Of a stretch of DNA of 64,000 bases, positions 61,925 through 64,000 are shown piece by piece. This DNA is from Callorhinchus milii (lineage: Eukaryota). Every line of letters starts with the position of its first letter. Position 1 is the stretch's first letter. The notes beneath the pieces are model-generated. The model saw nothing but the letters and a program-made list of their open reading frames with translations. It had not been told where the DNA came from and ran no database searches. The stretch spans positions 110,858,001 through 110,922,000 of the forward strand of contig NW_024704743.1 in assembly GCF_018977255.1 (NCBI RefSeq), given 5' to 3'. Position numbers and translations under genes: made by a program.

Positions 61925-62510
61925 CTGTGCAGTCTGTGTGCACTGTGTATGTGTGTGTGCACTGTGTATGTGCACTATGTGTGTGTGCACTGTATATGTG
62001 TGTGCACTGTGTATGTGTGTGTGCACTGTGTATGTGTGTGCACTGTATATGTGTGTGTGTGCACTGTATATATATGTGCACTGTATATGTGAATGCACTG
62101 TATAATAATAATAATAATCCTTGCATTTGATATAGCGCTTTTCACGTCTTCTCGACGTCTCAAAGGCTTCACAGAATCTGCTGTATATTTTGTGGGCGAA
62201 ACGCGGCGGCCAATTGAGCACAGCAGTGTCCCGCAAACAGTCGTCGATTGAAATGACCAATTTATTATTATTTTTTTTGAGGGATTGTTTTCAGGCATGT
62301 GGAGTAAGGAAACTTGCCCAAGGTTTCACCCCGCCGGGAATCGAACCCAGGTCTCTCGCTTGCAAAGTGAGTGCTCTCACCACTGAGCTACAGGTGTGCG
62401 TGTATATGTGCGTGTGTACTGTATACATGTGTGTACTGTATACATGTGTGTACTGAATATGTGTGTGTGTGTGTAATGAAAATGCATGCGTGTACTGTAT
62501 ATGTGTGGTC
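61925..62510. repeat. (TG)n/TGCAC minisatellite split by a SINE
   Basis: Ten TGCAC-containing units at 61935-62100; related TGTGTACTGTATA units at 62394-62510. Confidence 0.88.
62103..62393 (-). mobile_element. tRNA-derived SINE inserted in a minisatellite
   Basis: Reverse-complement SINE with TG-rich repeats on both sides. Confidence 0.88.
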
Positions 62511-62619
62511 GATATGTCTTTACTATCCCTTGCAATGACTCACTCAGTAGATTTCCTCCTCTCTCTCTTTGTAATCATTCCATTTTTGGGGTTGGGAGCA
62601 TTCCTTCTCCCTTCTCTTT

Positions 62620-62948
62620 AATAATAATAATAATAATAATAATCCTTGCATTTGATATAGCGCTTTTTACGTCAGGAGGACGTCCCAAAGCGCTTCACAG
62701 AACACACTGTAAAGTGAATTGACTGTATATTTGTGGGCGAACGCGGCAGCCAATTGCGCACAGCAATGTCCCACAAACAGTCGTAGATTGAAAATGACCA
62801 ATTTATTATTGTTTTGTTTTTTTCGAGGGATTATTATTAGGCGTGTGGAGTAAGGAAACTTGCCCAAGGTTTCGCCCTGTGCCTGGAAATGAACTCAGGT
62901 CTCTCACTTGCAAAGCGAGTGCTCTAACCACTGAGCTACAGGACTCCA
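62620..62948 (-). mobile_element. Full-length tRNA-derived SINE (young subfamily)
   Basis: Reverse complement of the 16833-type consensus. Confidence 0.92.
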
Positions 62949-63513
62949 CAAAACAGACTTTGTCTGTATTGACCATATCGTCCACTCACTCATTTTTTGG
63001 GGGGGAAGGCTTGCCCTCTTTATAAAGATCCTGCCTCACAATGATTTACTTATTGATTGCTCTCTCTCTATGACCTTGGCCTTACATTGAATTCCATGAA
63101 CCCTCTTTGACCCGTCTTTTGAGTCAGACAGATCCTCAGTGCTCCAGGGCACTATTGATGGCAGAACAGCTAACCTGTCTCATTACCGGAACTTGGGGGA
63201 GCAGACCACACACTGGGAGCAAGGATTATTCCCACTCAGCACCTAATAACCCTGCAAACCAAAGCCATAATGCAAACCAGGTTACACAGTCCTAGTTATA
63301 TGCTGCAGGAAGCTTTACATTGTTTGCAATAGTACTTTGGTGGTTTTAGCTAGTTAAACTCCAGGAGTTATGCAATCCATGCTCTAGGTCTCCAAGAGTT
63401 AGCTCTTGAGTTAGCTCTTAGCACAAGAGTGCCTATACTCTTAGGTAAGCATAGTGTTGTTGTCGATCACTCCTCTAGGGAGAAAGTACACATTGTAAAC
63501 CAGAAGAATGTGG

Positions 63514-63937
63514 GTTTCGCCCACAAAATATACAGTCAATTAATTTTACAGTATATTCTGTGAAGCGCTTTGTGACAACTCAACGACATGTTAATGCACT
63601 ATATTAAATGCAAGGACTATTACTACTATGTCATGGAGCTTGGTATTTGATACCCAATGCTTCAATGATCAGAGTTGGGGCTTCTCGAGTTGGGAGGACA
63701 ATGCTAGTATTCCGGTTATATTAACTAAGTTAAATACACAGCTATATTTTTTACAACACCCCAAAGCCGAGTGGTAACTCATAAAATGCTGGCACTTTCA
63801 AGGTGCCTTCCAATGTGCTACTCTTCATTATAACCTAGCAACCTTAGGTCACCTTGCATACAGTCTATTCTGTGAAGCGCTTTGAGATGTCGAGAAGACT
63901 TGAAAAGCGCTATATCAAATTCAAGGATTATTATTAT
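63514..63937 (+). mobile_element. Two 5'-truncated SINE tails (63514-63628 and 63858-63937)
   Basis: Shared TACAGT.TATTCTGTGAAGCGCTTTG...CAAGGA tail. Confidence 0.78.
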
Positions 63938-64000
63938 AGAAAGAACACAAAAATCCAAGACATACAACGGGAGCAAACACAGCAATCCAACATATCAATA

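Noticed and set aside
61925..62510. CRISPR-like array, or His/Thr- and Cys/Val-rich ORFs
   Set aside because: A simple TG-rich minisatellite with no unique spacers, in a vertebrate context. The ORFs are translations of the repeat.

Overview
Eukaryotic (vertebrate) genomic DNA. The repeat content (L2- and CR1-clade LINEs, tRNA-derived SINEs with a Deu-type tail) suggests a cartilaginous fish; this is inference. The window holds one complete protein-coding gene, ZBTB10, on the minus strand. It has a CpG-island promoter at ~60.7-61.9 kb and four phase-compatible coding exons (61489-60755, 39123-38145, 29271-29096, 28672-28319; ~747 aa: N-terminal transposase-type zinc finger, BTB, C2H2 fingers, acidic tail). 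A probable long 3' UTR lies at ~21-28.3 kb. The rest is densely filled with L2, CR1 and SINE fragments. The most notable observation is a ~1.7-kb decayed reading frame in ZBTB10 intron 2 that resembles a hAT (ZNF862/C17orf113-like) transposase. It lies in gene orientation and starts at a splice acceptor in frame with the BTB exon. Other points: a nested inverted-repeat element in the putative 3' UTR, a 28S rRNA fragment, a covarying LINE/SINE 3' hairpin, and a TGCACAC minisatellite next to the promoter. All homology calls were made by eye, without searches.
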